Positions 30,623-41,592 of a DNA stretch of 64,000 bases are shown piece after piece. How positions within the stretch are numbered: the stretch's first letter is position 1; every line of letters starts with the position of its first letter. Source of the stretch: a bacterium (lineage in GTDB: Bacteria > Zhuqueibacterota > Zhuqueibacteria > Residuimicrobiales > Krinioviventaceae). A program made the translations under genes and the position numbers. The stretch is taken from the NCBI GenBank assembly GCA_963693055.1, contig OY843751.1, positions 736,001 to 800,000 on the forward strand. The letters are read 5' to 3'. The notes under the pieces were generated by a model that had not been told where the DNA came from, searched no databases, and saw only the letters and a program-made list of their open reading frames with translations.

Positions 30623-33600
30623 ATGAAAAATAACAGTCACACATTACCCCTGAATGCCGCAGGACATCCACTACATCCACAGGGATTGTATGACCCCGCA
30701 TTTGAACATGATGCATGTGGTGTAGGATTTATTGCCAGGTTAAATGGAATTCCCGATCACTCGCTGGTTCTCGATTCCATTAAAATTTTGGTTAATTTGG
30801 AGCATCGTGGTGCTATAGGTGGTGACGCAGGTACTGGTGACGGAGCCGGTTTATTGCTGCAATTGCCTGATGCTTTTTTTCAATCATCTGACAGTGGTAT
30901 CAATTTCAAGCTTCCGAAAGCAGGCGAGTACGCGGTTGCCATGATCTTTTTGCCCACCGATACTGATATTCGAAAGCGATGTGTGAAAACATGCGAATCA
31001 ATTGTTGAAAAAGAAGGCTGTAAGGTACTGGGATGGAGAACCGTACCTGTACATAACGATCATCTTGGTGTTTTAGCCAAGTCCACACAACCCGAAATTG
31101 TACAGTTGTTTGTACATGGCTGTAAATTAACTGGTGAAGCATTTGAAAGAAAAATGTATGTTATGCGCCGGGTTATGGAAAAAGAAGTGCTTGGCTGGAC
31201 CGATGTTGACGCCAGTCAGTTTTATGTTGCAAGCTTTTCAGCAAAAACTATAGTATATAAAGGTTTGCTGACCGGAACACAACTGTCTACATTTTACCCG
31301 GATTTGAGCAGCAAGAATTTTCTGAGTGCATTCTCTATTGTTCACCAGCGTTACAGTACCAATACCTTGCCAACATGGAAACTGGCCCAGCCTTTCCGTA
31401 CACTTGCGCACAATGGAGAAATTAATACGCTGCGTGGTAATATTAACCGAATGCGTTCCCGTGAAGCAAAAATACAATCCGAGTTTTTTGGCAAAGATAT
31501 TAATAAACTCAAACCCATTCTGATTGAAGACGGTAGTGATTCCGCTATTTTTGATAACGGCCTTGAATTGCTGATTATGGCGGGACGTTCATTACCACAT
31601 GCTGCCATGATGATGGTTCCTGAGGCTTTTGGTCCTAAAATAAAAATGAGTGAAGATAAACGTGCTTTTTATGAATATCATTCCGCACTCATGGAGCCCT
31701 GGGACGGCCCGGCAGCTTTGGCCTTTACGGATGGTCGTTATATTGGGGCAACCCTTGACAGAAACGGACTGCGCCCTGCGCGTTATACCGTTACCAAAAA
31801 TGGACTTGTTATTATGGCATCTGAAACCGGTGTTTTGGATTTAGAGCCTGAAAATATATTACAGCGCGGCCGTTTACAGCCGGGCAAGATGTTCCTTGTT
31901 GATTTGGTACAGAATAGAATTGTACCGGATAATGAAATTAAAGCCAAGATATCCCGTCAAAAACCATATCGTCGTTGGGTGCGCGAAAATCACTTGCAGC
32001 TCCGTGGATTGTTTAAACCGTCACAGATCCCGGAATCTGATGCTGAAGTTGTGCGCAGAAGGCAACATGCATTCGGCTATACGGATGAAGAATTAAAGAT
32101 GATCATTAGTCCCATGGCTTCTCGTGGTCAGGAAGCAATTGGTTCTATGGGTAATGATGCTCCGCTGGCAGTGCTGTCTGATAGACCCCAACTGTTATTT
32201 AATTATTTTAAACAATTGTTTGCTCAGGTGACGAATCCGCCGATTGATCCCTTGCGTGAAGAACTGGTTATGTCTCTTGAAAGTTTTGTGGGTCGTGAAA
32301 AGAACTTTTTGGAAGAAACACCAGAGCATTACCGTGGTCTAAAACTGAGCCACCCCATTCTTACTCCTGAAGATATGGCGCTGATCCGTGAATCTGATCA
32401 TCCTGATATTGATGCTAGAAACATTGATATTCTATTTTCTATCAAGGGTGGCGGCAAAGCTCTGGAAAAAGCTCTGAATCAGGTTTTTGAAACAGCCAAA
32501 AAACATATTGAAGATGGTGCCACCTTGTTGGTATTGACAGACAAGAATATGGATGCGGACCATGCACCTATTCCTGTTCTGCTTGCGGCTTCAGGTTTAC
32601 ATCATTTTCTTATTAATAATGGAATACGTAACAGTGCGGGTATTATTGTAGAGACCGGTGAAGTTCGTGAAGTTATGCACTATTGTTTGCAGGTTGCTTT
32701 TGGTACAGATGCAATTTGTCCTTACCTGGCTTTTCATACGGTTCGCGAATTGTCCGAATCTAATTTGCTGGAACAGAATGTAACCTCTGAAGAGGCTATG
32801 GATAATTACATACAGGCTATTAAGAAAGGTTTCTTGAAAACCCTGAGCCGTATGGGACTGTCAACCTTGCATAGCTTTTTTGGCTCACAAATATTCGAAG
32901 CTATTGGTATTCATAAAGATGTGGTTGATAATTATTTCTGTAATACCGCATCGCGAATTGGCGGTGTGAGGTTGGAAGAGATTGCGCTGGAAGTTTATGC
33001 ACGTCATGCCAAGGCTTTTCCACAACACAGAAATCCGGAATCTTTACTTGAACCGGGTGGCAGTTATCATATCCGTATCAATGGCGAAAAACACATGTGG
33101 TCAACTGAAGCTATTTACAAGCTGCAAATGGCTACCCGAAATAATGATTATTCAATTTTTAAAGAATATACAGCCTTGCTGGATGATGCATCCAAGAACC
33201 GCGCTACATTGAGAAGTTTGTTTTCATTTAAAAAAGGCACCCCCATACCAATAGATGAGGTGGAACCGGTAGAAGAAATTACAAAGCGTTTTGTTGGCGC
33301 GGCAATGTCTTTTGGTTCTATCAGTCGTGAAGCACATGAAGCTATTGCAATTGGTATGAATCGTTTGGGCGCAAGAAGCAATTCCGGAGAAGGTGGTGAA
33401 GATCCGGCACGCTATATTCCACTTCCCAATGGAGATTCTAAAAAGTCACGTATTAAACAGTTTGCGTCAGGTCGTTTTGGCGTAACCACTGAATATGCGA
33501 TAAACGCTGACGAACTTCAGATCAAGATTGCCCAGGGCGCAAAGCCGGGTGAAGGTGGTCAGTTACCGGGTCATAAAGTTAGTAAAGATATCGCGCGCGT

Positions 33601-35212
33601 GCGTCATACAACTCCCGGCGTAACTTTGATTTCACCGCCGCCGCATCATGATATTTATTCTATTGAAGATATTGCACAATTGATTTATGATATGAAATCA
33701 GTAAATCCCAAGGCACGTGTATCGGTCAAGCTGGTTTCCGAAGTGGGTGTTGGTACCATTGCTTCGGGTGTAGCCAAAGCAAAATCCGATACTGTGTTGA
33801 TATCCGGACATGACGGAGGTACAGGTGCTTCTCCGTTAACATCGATCAAACATGCCGGTCTGCCATGGGAACTTGGACTCGCAGAAACACAGCAGTCCCT
33901 GATATTTAATAAACTTCGTGATCGTATCCGTGTTCAGACTGACGGACAATTAAAAACCGGACGTGATCTTGCAATTGCAGCGTTACTGGGTGCGGAAGAA
34001 TATGGCTTTGGTACCTCAATGCTGATCACCCTGGGTTGTATTATGATGCGTAAATGTCATCTCAATACATGCCCTGTTGGTGTTGCTACCCAAAATGATA
34101 CCCTGCGTTCACGATTTACCGGCAAACCGGATTATGTTGAGCGTTTTCTGCGGTTTATTGCCCAGGAATTGCGTGAACATATGGCCGAGTTGGGTTTCCG
34201 TACCATTGATGAGATGGTAGGACGTGTAGATATGCTCGACTTTCAACCGGCTATTGATCACTGGAAAGCAAAAAATGTTGACCTGACCCCGTTATTACAA
34301 CAGTTTAATACAGATGGACAAAATGTAGCATTGCGTTGCATTCGTCCCCAGGATCCGGATGAAAATGAAGTACTGGATCTGAAACTGATTGAACTGGCAA
34401 AACCGGCTATTGACGATATGAAGCCGGTGGACATTCACCTGCCCGTCCGCAATATTCACCGTACTGTTGGTGCACGTTTGAGCGGTCTGGTTACTGAAAA
34501 GCATGGCGCTAAAGGATTACCCGAAAATACCATCAATATTAAACTGGAAGGTTCGGTTGGCCAGAGCTTTGGTGCATTTTTGGCACCGGGTGTAACCATT
34601 CGTGTTGAAGGTGATGCGAATGATTACCTGGGTAAATCCATGTCTGGCGGTCGTATTGAATTGGTGCCACCAGCCAAAGCAACATTTCAACCTCATAATA
34701 ATGTGATTGTAGGAAATGTGGTTCTTTATGGCGCAACCGGAGGCGAAATTTATATAAATGGTATGGCCGGAGAGCGTTTTGCTGTTAGAAATAGCGGCGC
34801 TCAAGCCGTGGTTGAAGGTGTTGGTGACCATGGTTGTGAATACATGACTGGCGGAACCGTGGTTGTAATTGGTTCAACCGGACACAACTTTGCAGCCGGT
34901 ATGAGCGGTGGTATCGCTTATGTTTATGATGAAAACGAACTCTTTGACACCAAATGTAATCTGGATATGGTTGATCTGGAAAGCGTTTGGCACAAGGAAG
35001 ATAAAAAAGTATTAAAGAGCATGCTTGAAGCTCATTACAAATATACAAACAGTCCACGGGCAAAAGCTTTACTTGATGACTGGGATACCCATTTACCCCT
35101 GTTTGTTAAAGTTATGCCTATTGATTATCGCAAGGTGTTGGAACGTATGAAACTTGAAGAAGATACAGCCCGAGACACCGTATCTGCTACTGAGGAGGTT
35201 TTCGATGGCTAA
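30623..35212 (+). CDS. gltB: Glutamate synthase large subunit
   Basis: EHDACGVGF, HNGEINT, EPWDGPA, NSGEGGE, QGAKPGEGGQLPG, CIMMRKCHLNTCPVGVATQ and a GXGXG C-terminal domain. Confidence 0.98.
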   Translation: MKNNSHTLPLNAAGHPLHPQGLYDPAFEHDACGVGFIARLNGIPDHSLVLDSIKILVNLEHRGAIGGDAGTGDGAGLLLQLPDAFFQSSDSGINFKLPKAGEYAVAMIFLPTDTDIRKRCVKTCESIVEKEGCKVLGWRTVPVHNDHLGVLAKSTQPEIVQLFVHGCKLTGEAFERKMYVMRRVMEKEVLGWTDVDASQFYVASFSAKTIVYKGLLTGTQLSTFYPDLSSKNFLSAFSIVHQRYSTNTLPTWKLAQPFRTLAHNGEINTLRGNINRMRSREAKIQSEFFGKDINKLKPILIEDGSDSAIFDNGLELLIMAGRSLPHAAMMMVPEAFGPKIKMSEDKRAFYEYHSALMEPWDGPAALAFTDGRYIGATLDRNGLRPARYTVTKNGLVIMASETGVLDLEPENILQRGRLQPGKMFLVDLVQNRIVPDNEIKAKISRQKPYRRWVRENHLQLRGLFKPSQIPESDAEVVRRRQHAFGYTDEELKMIISPMASRGQEAIGSMGNDAPLAVLSDRPQLLFNYFKQLFAQVTNPPIDPLREELVMSLESFVGREKNFLEETPEHYRGLKLSHPILTPEDMALIRESDHPDIDARNIDILFSIKGGGKALEKALNQVFETAKKHIEDGATLLVLTDKNMDADHAPIPVLLAASGLHHFLINNGIRNSAGIIVETGEVREVMHYCLQVAFGTDAICPYLAFHTVRELSESNLLEQNVTSEEAMDNYIQAIKKGFLKTLSRMGLSTLHSFFGSQIFEAIGIHKDVVDNYFCNTASRIGGVRLEEIALEVYARHAKAFPQHRNPESLLEPGGSYHIRINGEKHMWSTEAIYKLQMATRNNDYSIFKEYTALLDDASKNRATLRSLFSFKKGTPIPIDEVEPVEEITKRFVGAAMSFGSISREAHEAIAIGMNRLGARSNSGEGGEDPARYIPLPNGDSKKSRIKQFASGRFGVTTEYAINADELQIKIAQGAKPGEGGQLPGHKVSKDIARVRHTTPGVTLISPPPHHDIYSIEDIAQLIYDMKSVNPKARVSVKLVSEVGVGTIASGVAKAKSDTVLISGHDGGTGASPLTSIKHAGLPWELGLAETQQSLIFNKLRDRIRVQTDGQLKTGRDLAIAALLGAEEYGFGTSMLITLGCIMMRKCHLNTCPVGVATQNDTLRSRFTGKPDYVERFLRFIAQELREHMAELGFRTIDEMVGRVDMLDFQPAIDHWKAKNVDLTPLLQQFNTDGQNVALRCIRPQDPDENEVLDLKLIELAKPAIDDMKPVDIHLPVRNIHRTVGARLSGLVTEKHGAKGLPENTINIKLEGSVGQSFGAFLAPGVTIRVEGDANDYLGKSMSGGRIELVPPAKATFQPHNNVIVGNVVLYGATGGEIYINGMAGERFAVRNSGAQAVVEGVGDHGCEYMTGGTVVVIGSTGHNFAAGMSGGIAYVYDENELFDTKCNLDMVDLESVWHKEDKKVLKSMLEAHYKYTNSPRAKALLDDWDTHLPLFVKVMPIDYRKVLERMKLEEDTARDTVSATEEVFDG

Positions 35213-36632
35213 GCCTACAGGGTTTTTAGAATATACACGAGAGGATGCACCCAAAAGATTGGTGCATGAGCGTGTTAAAGATTATCGTGAATTTGAAACC
35301 ATGCTGCCACCGGAAGGCATTCATAATCAGGCGGCACGTTGTATGGATTGTGGTGTACCTTCGTGTCATGCGTTTGGATGTCCTACTCAAAACCGTATAC
35401 CGGATTGGAATGATTTGGTATACCGTGAACAGTGGCAACGGGCATTGGATGTGTTGCATTCTACTGATAATTTTCCGGAATTTACAGGGCGTGTTTGTCC
35501 TGCTCCCTGTGAAGCAGCATGTACGTTGAGTATCAATCAGCCAGCGGTAACCATCCGCCAGATTGAATTGCAGATTATTGAAAGAGGCTGGAAAGAAGGA
35601 TGGGTCATTCCGCAGCCTTCTGAATATAAATCCGGTAAAAAAGTGGCGATTGTAGGTTCTGGTCCTGCCGGTATGGCAGCAGCACAACAGATTGCCCGTA
35701 TGGGACACGAAGCCATTCTTTTTGAAAAATCAGATCGAATTGGTGGGTTGCTGCGTTATGGAATTCCGGATTTCAAGCTTGATAAAGGTATAATTGACCG
35801 TCGTTTAAAGCAACTTGAAGCAGAAGGTGTTATCTTTGAAACCGGCGTTGATGTGGGTGTAGATATTTCCGTACGCTATCTGCAGCGTACTTTTGATGCG
35901 GTTGTGATCACTGCAGGTTCTACTGTTCCTCGTAATCTTGAAGTTACGGGAAGAGACCTGGATGGTGTTTACTATGCAATGCAGTTTTTGACACAACAAA
36001 ATAAATTAAACGCCGGTGATGAAATTCCCGCTGACCAGTTGATCTCTGCCAAAGACAAACATGTACTGGTTATTGGTGGTGGTGATACAGGTTCGGATTG
36101 TATTGGTACCAGTATTCGTCAGGGTGCGCGCCATGTAACCCAGATTGAAATTATGCCCAAACCACCGGTAGAACGCACGGCTGATAATCCCTGGCCGTTG
36201 TGGCCCAACATTCAGCGCACATCCTCTTCTCAGGAAGAAGGCTGTGACAGGGACTGGTCTGTTATGACCAAGGAATTTGTTGGTAAAGATAAAGTGGAAA
36301 AAGTCAAAGCCGTCAAGCTGGAATGGTCAGAACCGGATGCGAATGGCCGACGTAACTTTACTGAAATTGCGGGTTCCGAGTACGAGATCAAGGCTGATCT
36401 GGTATTGCTGGCAATGGGATTTATACATGTTGAGCACGGTCCGTTGGTTACTGATTATGAGCTCAAATGTGATGAACGTAATAATATTATTGTAGACAAG
36501 AACTTTATGACTAATGTACCGGGTGTTTTTGCCGCTGGTGACAGTGTTTTAGGCGCTTCACTGGTAGTACGTGCTCTTCATCAAGGGCGTAAAGCTGCTG
36601 AAGGTGTAGACAAGTATTTGCAAACACTCTAG
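35205..36632 (+). CDS. gltD: Glutamate synthase small subunit
   Basis: MAKPTGFLEY start overlapping the gltB stop; RCMDCGVPSC, GRVCPAPCE, GSGPAG, GGGDTGSDC. Confidence 0.97.
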   Translation: MAKPTGFLEYTREDAPKRLVHERVKDYREFETMLPPEGIHNQAARCMDCGVPSCHAFGCPTQNRIPDWNDLVYREQWQRALDVLHSTDNFPEFTGRVCPAPCEAACTLSINQPAVTIRQIELQIIERGWKEGWVIPQPSEYKSGKKVAIVGSGPAGMAAAQQIARMGHEAILFEKSDRIGGLLRYGIPDFKLDKGIIDRRLKQLEAEGVIFETGVDVGVDISVRYLQRTFDAVVITAGSTVPRNLEVTGRDLDGVYYAMQFLTQQNKLNAGDEIPADQLISAKDKHVLVIGGGDTGSDCIGTSIRQGARHVTQIEIMPKPPVERTADNPWPLWPNIQRTSSSQEEGCDRDWSVMTKEFVGKDKVEKVKAVKLEWSEPDANGRRNFTEIAGSEYEIKADLVLLAMGFIHVEHGPLVTDYELKCDERNNIIVDKNFMTNVPGVFAAGDSVLGASLVVRALHQGRKAAEGVDKYLQTL

Positions 36633-36653
36633 TCGTTAAAATATACATCAAAC

Positions 36654-36691
36654 AGGGCCCCTTTTACATCATGAAAAAGGGGCCTTTTTTT
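36654..36691 (+). terminator. Intrinsic terminator of gltBD
   Basis: GGCCCCTTTT / AAAAGGGGCC stem plus T-run. Confidence 0.85.
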
Positions 36692-36806
36692 ATGTGAAAA
36701 TTTAATATTGCATAATATTGAAAAAAATGTAAATTAATATAAATCCGGGTGGTTTATCGGGGACTGGTAATATATTATATCTCTATCTATTTTTAAGGGG
36801 AAAATA

Positions 36807-37748
36807 ATGAAGGAAAAAATATTTTATTTGTATTTGCTGACAATTGTTTTTTTATTAAATGTCTCGGCTAATTACGCGCAGAATAATTACATGGCAGGCT
36901 ATGTGAATAATGCGCGTTCCATTGCAATGGGGCATACTGCTTCAGCCTCATTTTCTGATGCTTTTTCAGGGTATTTGAATCCTGCATCTCTTTCGCAAGC
37001 CCAAGCTATAACATCATCACTGTTTTATACCTCATTTAAAGATGATGAAAGTTTCAAAGGGGCAGGAATCGCCATTCCTGTGCCGGATTTTGGTACATTG
37101 GGGATCAGCTATATTGACAACACCGCACAACTCAATGTAACGTTTGCTGATAATGCCGGATTTGTTTTGGAAGAATATAAAGAACAGCAATTTTTATTGT
37201 CTTATGCCAGATTATTGGGATACAATCTCGCAATCGGTATGAACGTTAAATATATTGCCTGTGATTATCAAAATTATTATGAAAGCAATATGGACTATTC
37301 CGGGATTGATATCAGCCTGCAATATCAACCGGTTATAAGAAATGTTGTGTTTAGAAATACTGCAATTGGTCTTGCTGTAAATAACGCTCTGGAAATTTCG
37401 GCCCCAACTGGGCAAAGTTTATTGAAACATTACAATATTATTGTAGACAAGAAAATGTCATTAGTAAACAATGTTTTATCTTTGATAGCGAATGTTGTTT
37501 TCCATGAGCAATATGTCCATGAAAATCAATATAGCATAGAAATGGTGAAAGAAGTGAGCAAACCCCGGTTTTTCTGGGGTGCCGAGTACAGAATGTCTCA
37601 TTTCTATTTTCGGGCGGGACATGCAATCAGTTCAATAGCAGGAGGGATTGGAATCATGTATAAATCCATAAGATTGGAATATTCTCATGGTCCACTTGCT
37701 ATTGATTCTTTTACGGCGAACAGTTTTTCTGTCAGTTATGGATTTTAG
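36807..37748 (+). CDS. PorV/FadL-like outer-membrane beta-barrel protein
   Basis: Signal peptide, NARSIAMG...DAFSGYLNPASL N-terminal motif, C-terminal SVSYGF. Confidence 0.75.
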   Translation: MKEKIFYLYLLTIVFLLNVSANYAQNNYMAGYVNNARSIAMGHTASASFSDAFSGYLNPASLSQAQAITSSLFYTSFKDDESFKGAGIAIPVPDFGTLGISYIDNTAQLNVTFADNAGFVLEEYKEQQFLLSYARLLGYNLAIGMNVKYIACDYQNYYESNMDYSGIDISLQYQPVIRNVVFRNTAIGLAVNNALEISAPTGQSLLKHYNIIVDKKMSLVNNVLSLIANVVFHEQYVHENQYSIEMVKEVSKPRFFWGAEYRMSHFYFRAGHAISSIAGGIGIMYKSIRLEYSHGPLAIDSFTANSFSVSYGF

Positions 37749-37759
37749 TTTATAATTAT

Positions 37760-38827
37760 TTATTCTCCAAATCGTTTGCGTACCGGGGTGCGTTTGTAAT
37801 CTGTGCGGTTTAAATTGACATCCGTACGGGGATCATACGATTCATTGTCCGTATAGATCACATCTCCATTGGGGTTCGTCCAGCGATAGTGCCACTGGTT
37901 CGATCCGGTTTCCACATTGTTTGTAAAGGGATTGACATATTCTTCCTGATCTGTCAGTGTGAGGAACATATCGTTATGGATTTCCGCATTCATTTTCTGT
38001 CGGTGGTCTACAATAGCCTGTTCAATTTTCTGCGTTTCCCGTAAAACCTCTATCATGGTGGCACTGCGCTGTGATTGTCCACGTATTTCACCTTTTAACC
38101 ATTTCGCGTTGAGCTGTACTGAATTTTGTATCAAGCTGAGCAGGGGCTGCCATTGATTGAATTCATCTTCCGGTGCCCTGATTAGCAAGGTTTCCTTGTT
38201 GCCCCACAGACCGGCACCCAGTTGACCCCAGTTTTCGATAATGGTTATGATTTTTTCTCTATATTGGGTACCATTTTCGGTATAGGTCAAAGTTGCCAGG
38301 CATGCATTATAGCTCATGGTGAGTTGCGGCTTGTAGGTTTGCACGTGTTTCAGAAAAGCCTGTTCGAGATCTGGCAGCGGTTTTTGCTCTGTGATATTGT
38401 AATTTGATAATCCGGGATGCGCATAAGGGATTACCTGGTTTTGTATGAATTGCTCGGCAGTCATTACCGGGTAAACACTCATGCCGTTATAATTACTGCC
38501 ATTGGGGAACAATCCCATTTGCCCTGCTGGAGAATAGCGCATGTCGAAATAGAGCATGTCCGGCAGCCAACGGATAATGACCGTGCCTTGATTGTTCTTG
38601 ACAGTGAAATCCACTTTGGCGGCTATGGCGTTACCGGCCCCGCCAATCTGGTTGGGATCGAGTCTAAAGATACCTCCATCCGTTTGCCAGCCCTGTGGTA
38701 CCAGCAAGGTAAAGGCTTTTTCGTTTGGTTCTGTTTTTTGTTGTAACAACAGTGTGTTGTTTGTGGAAGAGAACAAAAGCGTAGGCAGCAGAATCACACT
38801 CGTCAGGAATAGTGAAAAAAAATTCAT
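37760..38827 (-). CDS. Secreted hypothetical protein
   Basis: Long ORF with a signal peptide from ATG 38827 (GAGGT RBS); no family recognised. Confidence 0.7.
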   Translation of the reverse strand: MNFFSLFLTSVILLPTLLFSSTNNTLLLQQKTEPNEKAFTLLVPQGWQTDGGIFRLDPNQIGGAGNAIAAKVDFTVKNNQGTVIIRWLPDMLYFDMRYSPAGQMGLFPNGSNYNGMSVYPVMTAEQFIQNQVIPYAHPGLSNYNITEQKPLPDLEQAFLKHVQTYKPQLTMSYNACLATLTYTENGTQYREKIITIIENWGQLGAGLWGNKETLLIRAPEDEFNQWQPLLSLIQNSVQLNAKWLKGEIRGQSQRSATMIEVLRETQKIEQAIVDHRQKMNAEIHNDMFLTLTDQEEYVNPFTNNVETGSNQWHYRWTNPNGDVIYTDNESYDPRTDVNLNRTDYKRTPVRKRFGE

Positions 38828-38835
38828 AATACACC

Positions 38836-40344
38836 TCAATTGTTGAGAGGTAATTCAATTTTAAAAGTGCTTCCTTTGTTTAATTCTGATGAAACCGTAA
38901 GGTTCCCCTTGTGCTCCTGTATGATCTGGTAACAGATTGACAGGCCTAACCCCACACCTACCCCAACGCTCCAGTTTGTGAATCCCGGTTCAAAAATATG
39001 AGCTAAATCTTTTTCTTCTATCCCTTTTCCCGTATCTGCTATTTCTATGGTTATATATGAATCATGAACGGCTGTTTTAATTTGTATTTCTCCATTCCCA
39101 TTCATTGCTTTTTTAGCATTATCAAAAAGCTGCCAATAGACCTGGTTCAACTTGGCGGGGTAACAGGCAATTAGTGGGAGGTCTGCATAATCTTTGGTAA
39201 ATTCAAATTGATTGTCTGACCTGGCTGAAAACAATTCTATGGTAGTATCAATACCTTCGTGGATATCAATGCGCTGGCGTTCACCTTCATCAAGCTGGAT
39301 AAAGGATTTCATCTTTTGCACCATATCTCCAACCCTTTTTGCGCCTTCACCGTTTACTCTTACAAGATCGTTCATTACGTTTAATAATTTTTGCAGTTGG
39401 GTAGTTTTTGAATCCGAGTCCGGCTCTGTTAATGTATCTTTGAGTTTATTAATACTGGATGACAGCGTTGAATTTGTACTTTGTACCGCTCCTATGGGAT
39501 TGTTAATTTCGTGCGCGAATCCCGCAATTAAGCGACCCATTGATGCCATTTTTTCGCTTTGAACAAGTTGGGCCTGAGCTTCGTGCAGGTGTCTGGTACG
39601 TTCTTCAACCTTGTGCTCAAGACTGACATTCAGATCGGTAATGGTACTGTATTGATATTGGTTGATTGACAAGTAAAAGATAACAGCGGCAACAACGATT
39701 GATACATCTACAAGGGGCCCGCTTTCAAATCCTGTTAATGGCAAAAGAATACCTAGTACAGGTCCGGACAATAGAATGATAAAAAGTCCGATGGATATTG
39801 ATTTTAAAAACGCTTTATAATGACCATTTGGAGCTTTGATATATGATTTGTATAACAGTAGAATAACAATAAAGACGAAAAACAGGGCTATACTCTCGAT
39901 TGGAAACATCCAGGGAGAGTATTGCATTTCAATAATACCCTCAGGATTTTTATATATTCGGGTTACAAACAAATCAGAAAATCCCAGAATCAGTATACCA
40001 ATTGCAAGTATGGGGGCCAATGATTTAAAGTAAAAACCGAGAGATAGACCTGCAATTTTTTCATCCATGCGATCTATATACCCGGTTAGAACAAAAATAA
40101 AGTATACAATCATAAAGAATTCTAAACTATTCAACAGGATAGCAAATCTTAACCATACCCGATACGTATCAATATTGGTGAGTTGCTGCATGAAAAAGTT
40201 GTTTAAACTTGCGGCAGAAAGCGAAAGCATGAGCAAGCCCAGCGCGGTTTGCATGCGTTTTTGATAATGACGATTGAGCCAGGCCATCAAGGCCAGTATA
40301 AATGTCATAAAGGAGGCAATTACAGATGTATATTCAAGCTGCAT
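38836..40344 (-). CDS. 7TM sensor histidine kinase (NtrB-like)
   Basis: About 7 TM helices, LVQSEKMASMGRLIAGFAHEINNP H-box, DTGKGI, GVGLGLSI. Confidence 0.9.
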   Translation of the reverse strand: MQLEYTSVIASFMTFILALMAWLNRHYQKRMQTALGLLMLSLSAASLNNFFMQQLTNIDTYRVWLRFAILLNSLEFFMIVYFIFVLTGYIDRMDEKIAGLSLGFYFKSLAPILAIGILILGFSDLFVTRIYKNPEGIIEMQYSPWMFPIESIALFFVFIVILLLYKSYIKAPNGHYKAFLKSISIGLFIILLSGPVLGILLPLTGFESGPLVDVSIVVAAVIFYLSINQYQYSTITDLNVSLEHKVEERTRHLHEAQAQLVQSEKMASMGRLIAGFAHEINNPIGAVQSTNSTLSSSINKLKDTLTEPDSDSKTTQLQKLLNVMNDLVRVNGEGAKRVGDMVQKMKSFIQLDEGERQRIDIHEGIDTTIELFSARSDNQFEFTKDYADLPLIACYPAKLNQVYWQLFDNAKKAMNGNGEIQIKTAVHDSYITIEIADTGKGIEEKDLAHIFEPGFTNWSVGVGVGLGLSICYQIIQEHKGNLTVSSELNKGSTFKIELPLNN

Positions 40345-40442
40345 AACGACCCGAGTTTAGTTATTAGTAAAATTAGCGTTTTTTTAGGTTTGATGCAATG
40401 GGGAATTTGAATAGAGGGGATTTATATTGAAGATGATATTGT

Positions 40443-40910
40443 TTATTCCTTTTTTAAAGATTTTAAACCGAAACCACTTCCTAAGCCACCAACAAAGGCT
40501 ATGAAAATTTTAATAATGTCTAGTAATAATTCATTGTTTCTTGGCAATAAAAAAATTATAAGAAATAAAAATACAGAGATCCCCAATATCGTATAAACTA
40601 ATACAAACCAACGATTTGAACTTTTTAACTTGTAATCATTTTCGTCATCTCTTTGGGTGTAATCTAAGAATTTATCAATATGTTCTTTCGTAAATTTTTC
40701 AAAAAGAGGGTGCCCTATTCCACTTCCTCTCAAAGATGTTTGCATTAATGACATGCTTATAGAATTCTTTTTATCTTGTGGCATGTCCTCAAATATTTCA
40801 GATAAAACGTCTGGGAAATCTTGGGTTTCTTTTTCTTTAGTCACCTCTGTTGGGTGTTCAGAAGTAGTATTTTTTTGTTTCTTGTCTTTACTATCTAGAT
40901 CATCAGTCAT
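40443..40910 (-). CDS. Hypothetical two-TM membrane protein (DUF2335-like architecture)
   Basis: Acidic disordered N-terminus and two C-terminal TM helices; AT-rich coding sequence. Confidence 0.65.
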   Translation of the reverse strand: MTDDLDSKDKKQKNTTSEHPTEVTKEKETQDFPDVLSEIFEDMPQDKKNSISMSLMQTSLRGSGIGHPLFEKFTKEHIDKFLDYTQRDDENDYKLKSSNRWFVLVYTILGISVFLFLIIFLLPRNNELLLDIIKIFIAFVGGLGSGFGLKSLKKE

Positions 40911-40923
40911 ATTGTATCCTGAA

Positions 40924-41166
40924 TTATTTGTTTAAATTTGATTCGATTTTTTTATCAAATCGTTCAAGTTTTCTTATATACTTTATATTTATTTGTTGTT
41001 CAAATGATGAGATAATAAAAAGTTTAATGAACTGATTAAATGTTTTATCTGAAATAGCATCTTGATGATACAAGTTGAGTAATTTATTTGTAAAATCATG
41101 AGTATTAATGTTATATGATGCCTCTGAATTTAATAATTGATTTATTAACAACGAATAATTGTTCAT
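40924..41166 (-). CDS. Small hypothetical protein
   Basis: 80-aa ORF in very AT-rich DNA, 13 bp upstream of and co-oriented with the membrane protein gene. Confidence 0.45.
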   Translation of the reverse strand: MNNYSLLINQLLNSEASYNINTHDFTNKLLNLYHQDAISDKTFNQFIKLFIISSFEQQINIKYIRKLERFDKKIESNLNK

Positions 41167-41371
41167 CTTTATACTCTTAGTTTATATTATGATTATATTA
41201 AGGTTCAAAAAAAATATATGAAAATCAAGCAATTTTTTATTGATAAATAAAAACCATAATTGTTAATTTTATTAAATAATTAATTGGTTTATAACATATT
41301 TTTTCTAATAAATTTTACAAAAGTTCCCGTTTTAGCAAAATATTTCATCTTATTTCCCAAGTTATTATCAA

Positions 41372-41542
41372 TTATTTTAAAACCACCCACAATCCATGGA
41401 TAATGCCCGGAATAAAGAACAAGAGACAGAGCAGGATATTGATAACCAGATCTTTACCCACTCCTTTTTTCATAAATACACCTACAGGTAGAAGGATTAG
41501 TACCAGGATGATCTGTAAGATTTTTTCGGTTTTTTTAGTCAT
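41372..41542 (-). CDS. YqaE/Pmp3-family small membrane protein
   Basis: ILLPVGVFMKKG...INILLCLLFFIPGIIHGLWVV; AGAGGA RBS before ATG 41542. Confidence 0.9.
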   Translation of the reverse strand: MTKKTEKILQIILVLILLPVGVFMKKGVGKDLVINILLCLLFFIPGIIHGLWVVLK

Positions 41543-41592
41543 TATATATCCTCTGTTTTTTTTATTGTTCTGCAGTTTTGTGTTGTTACAGT

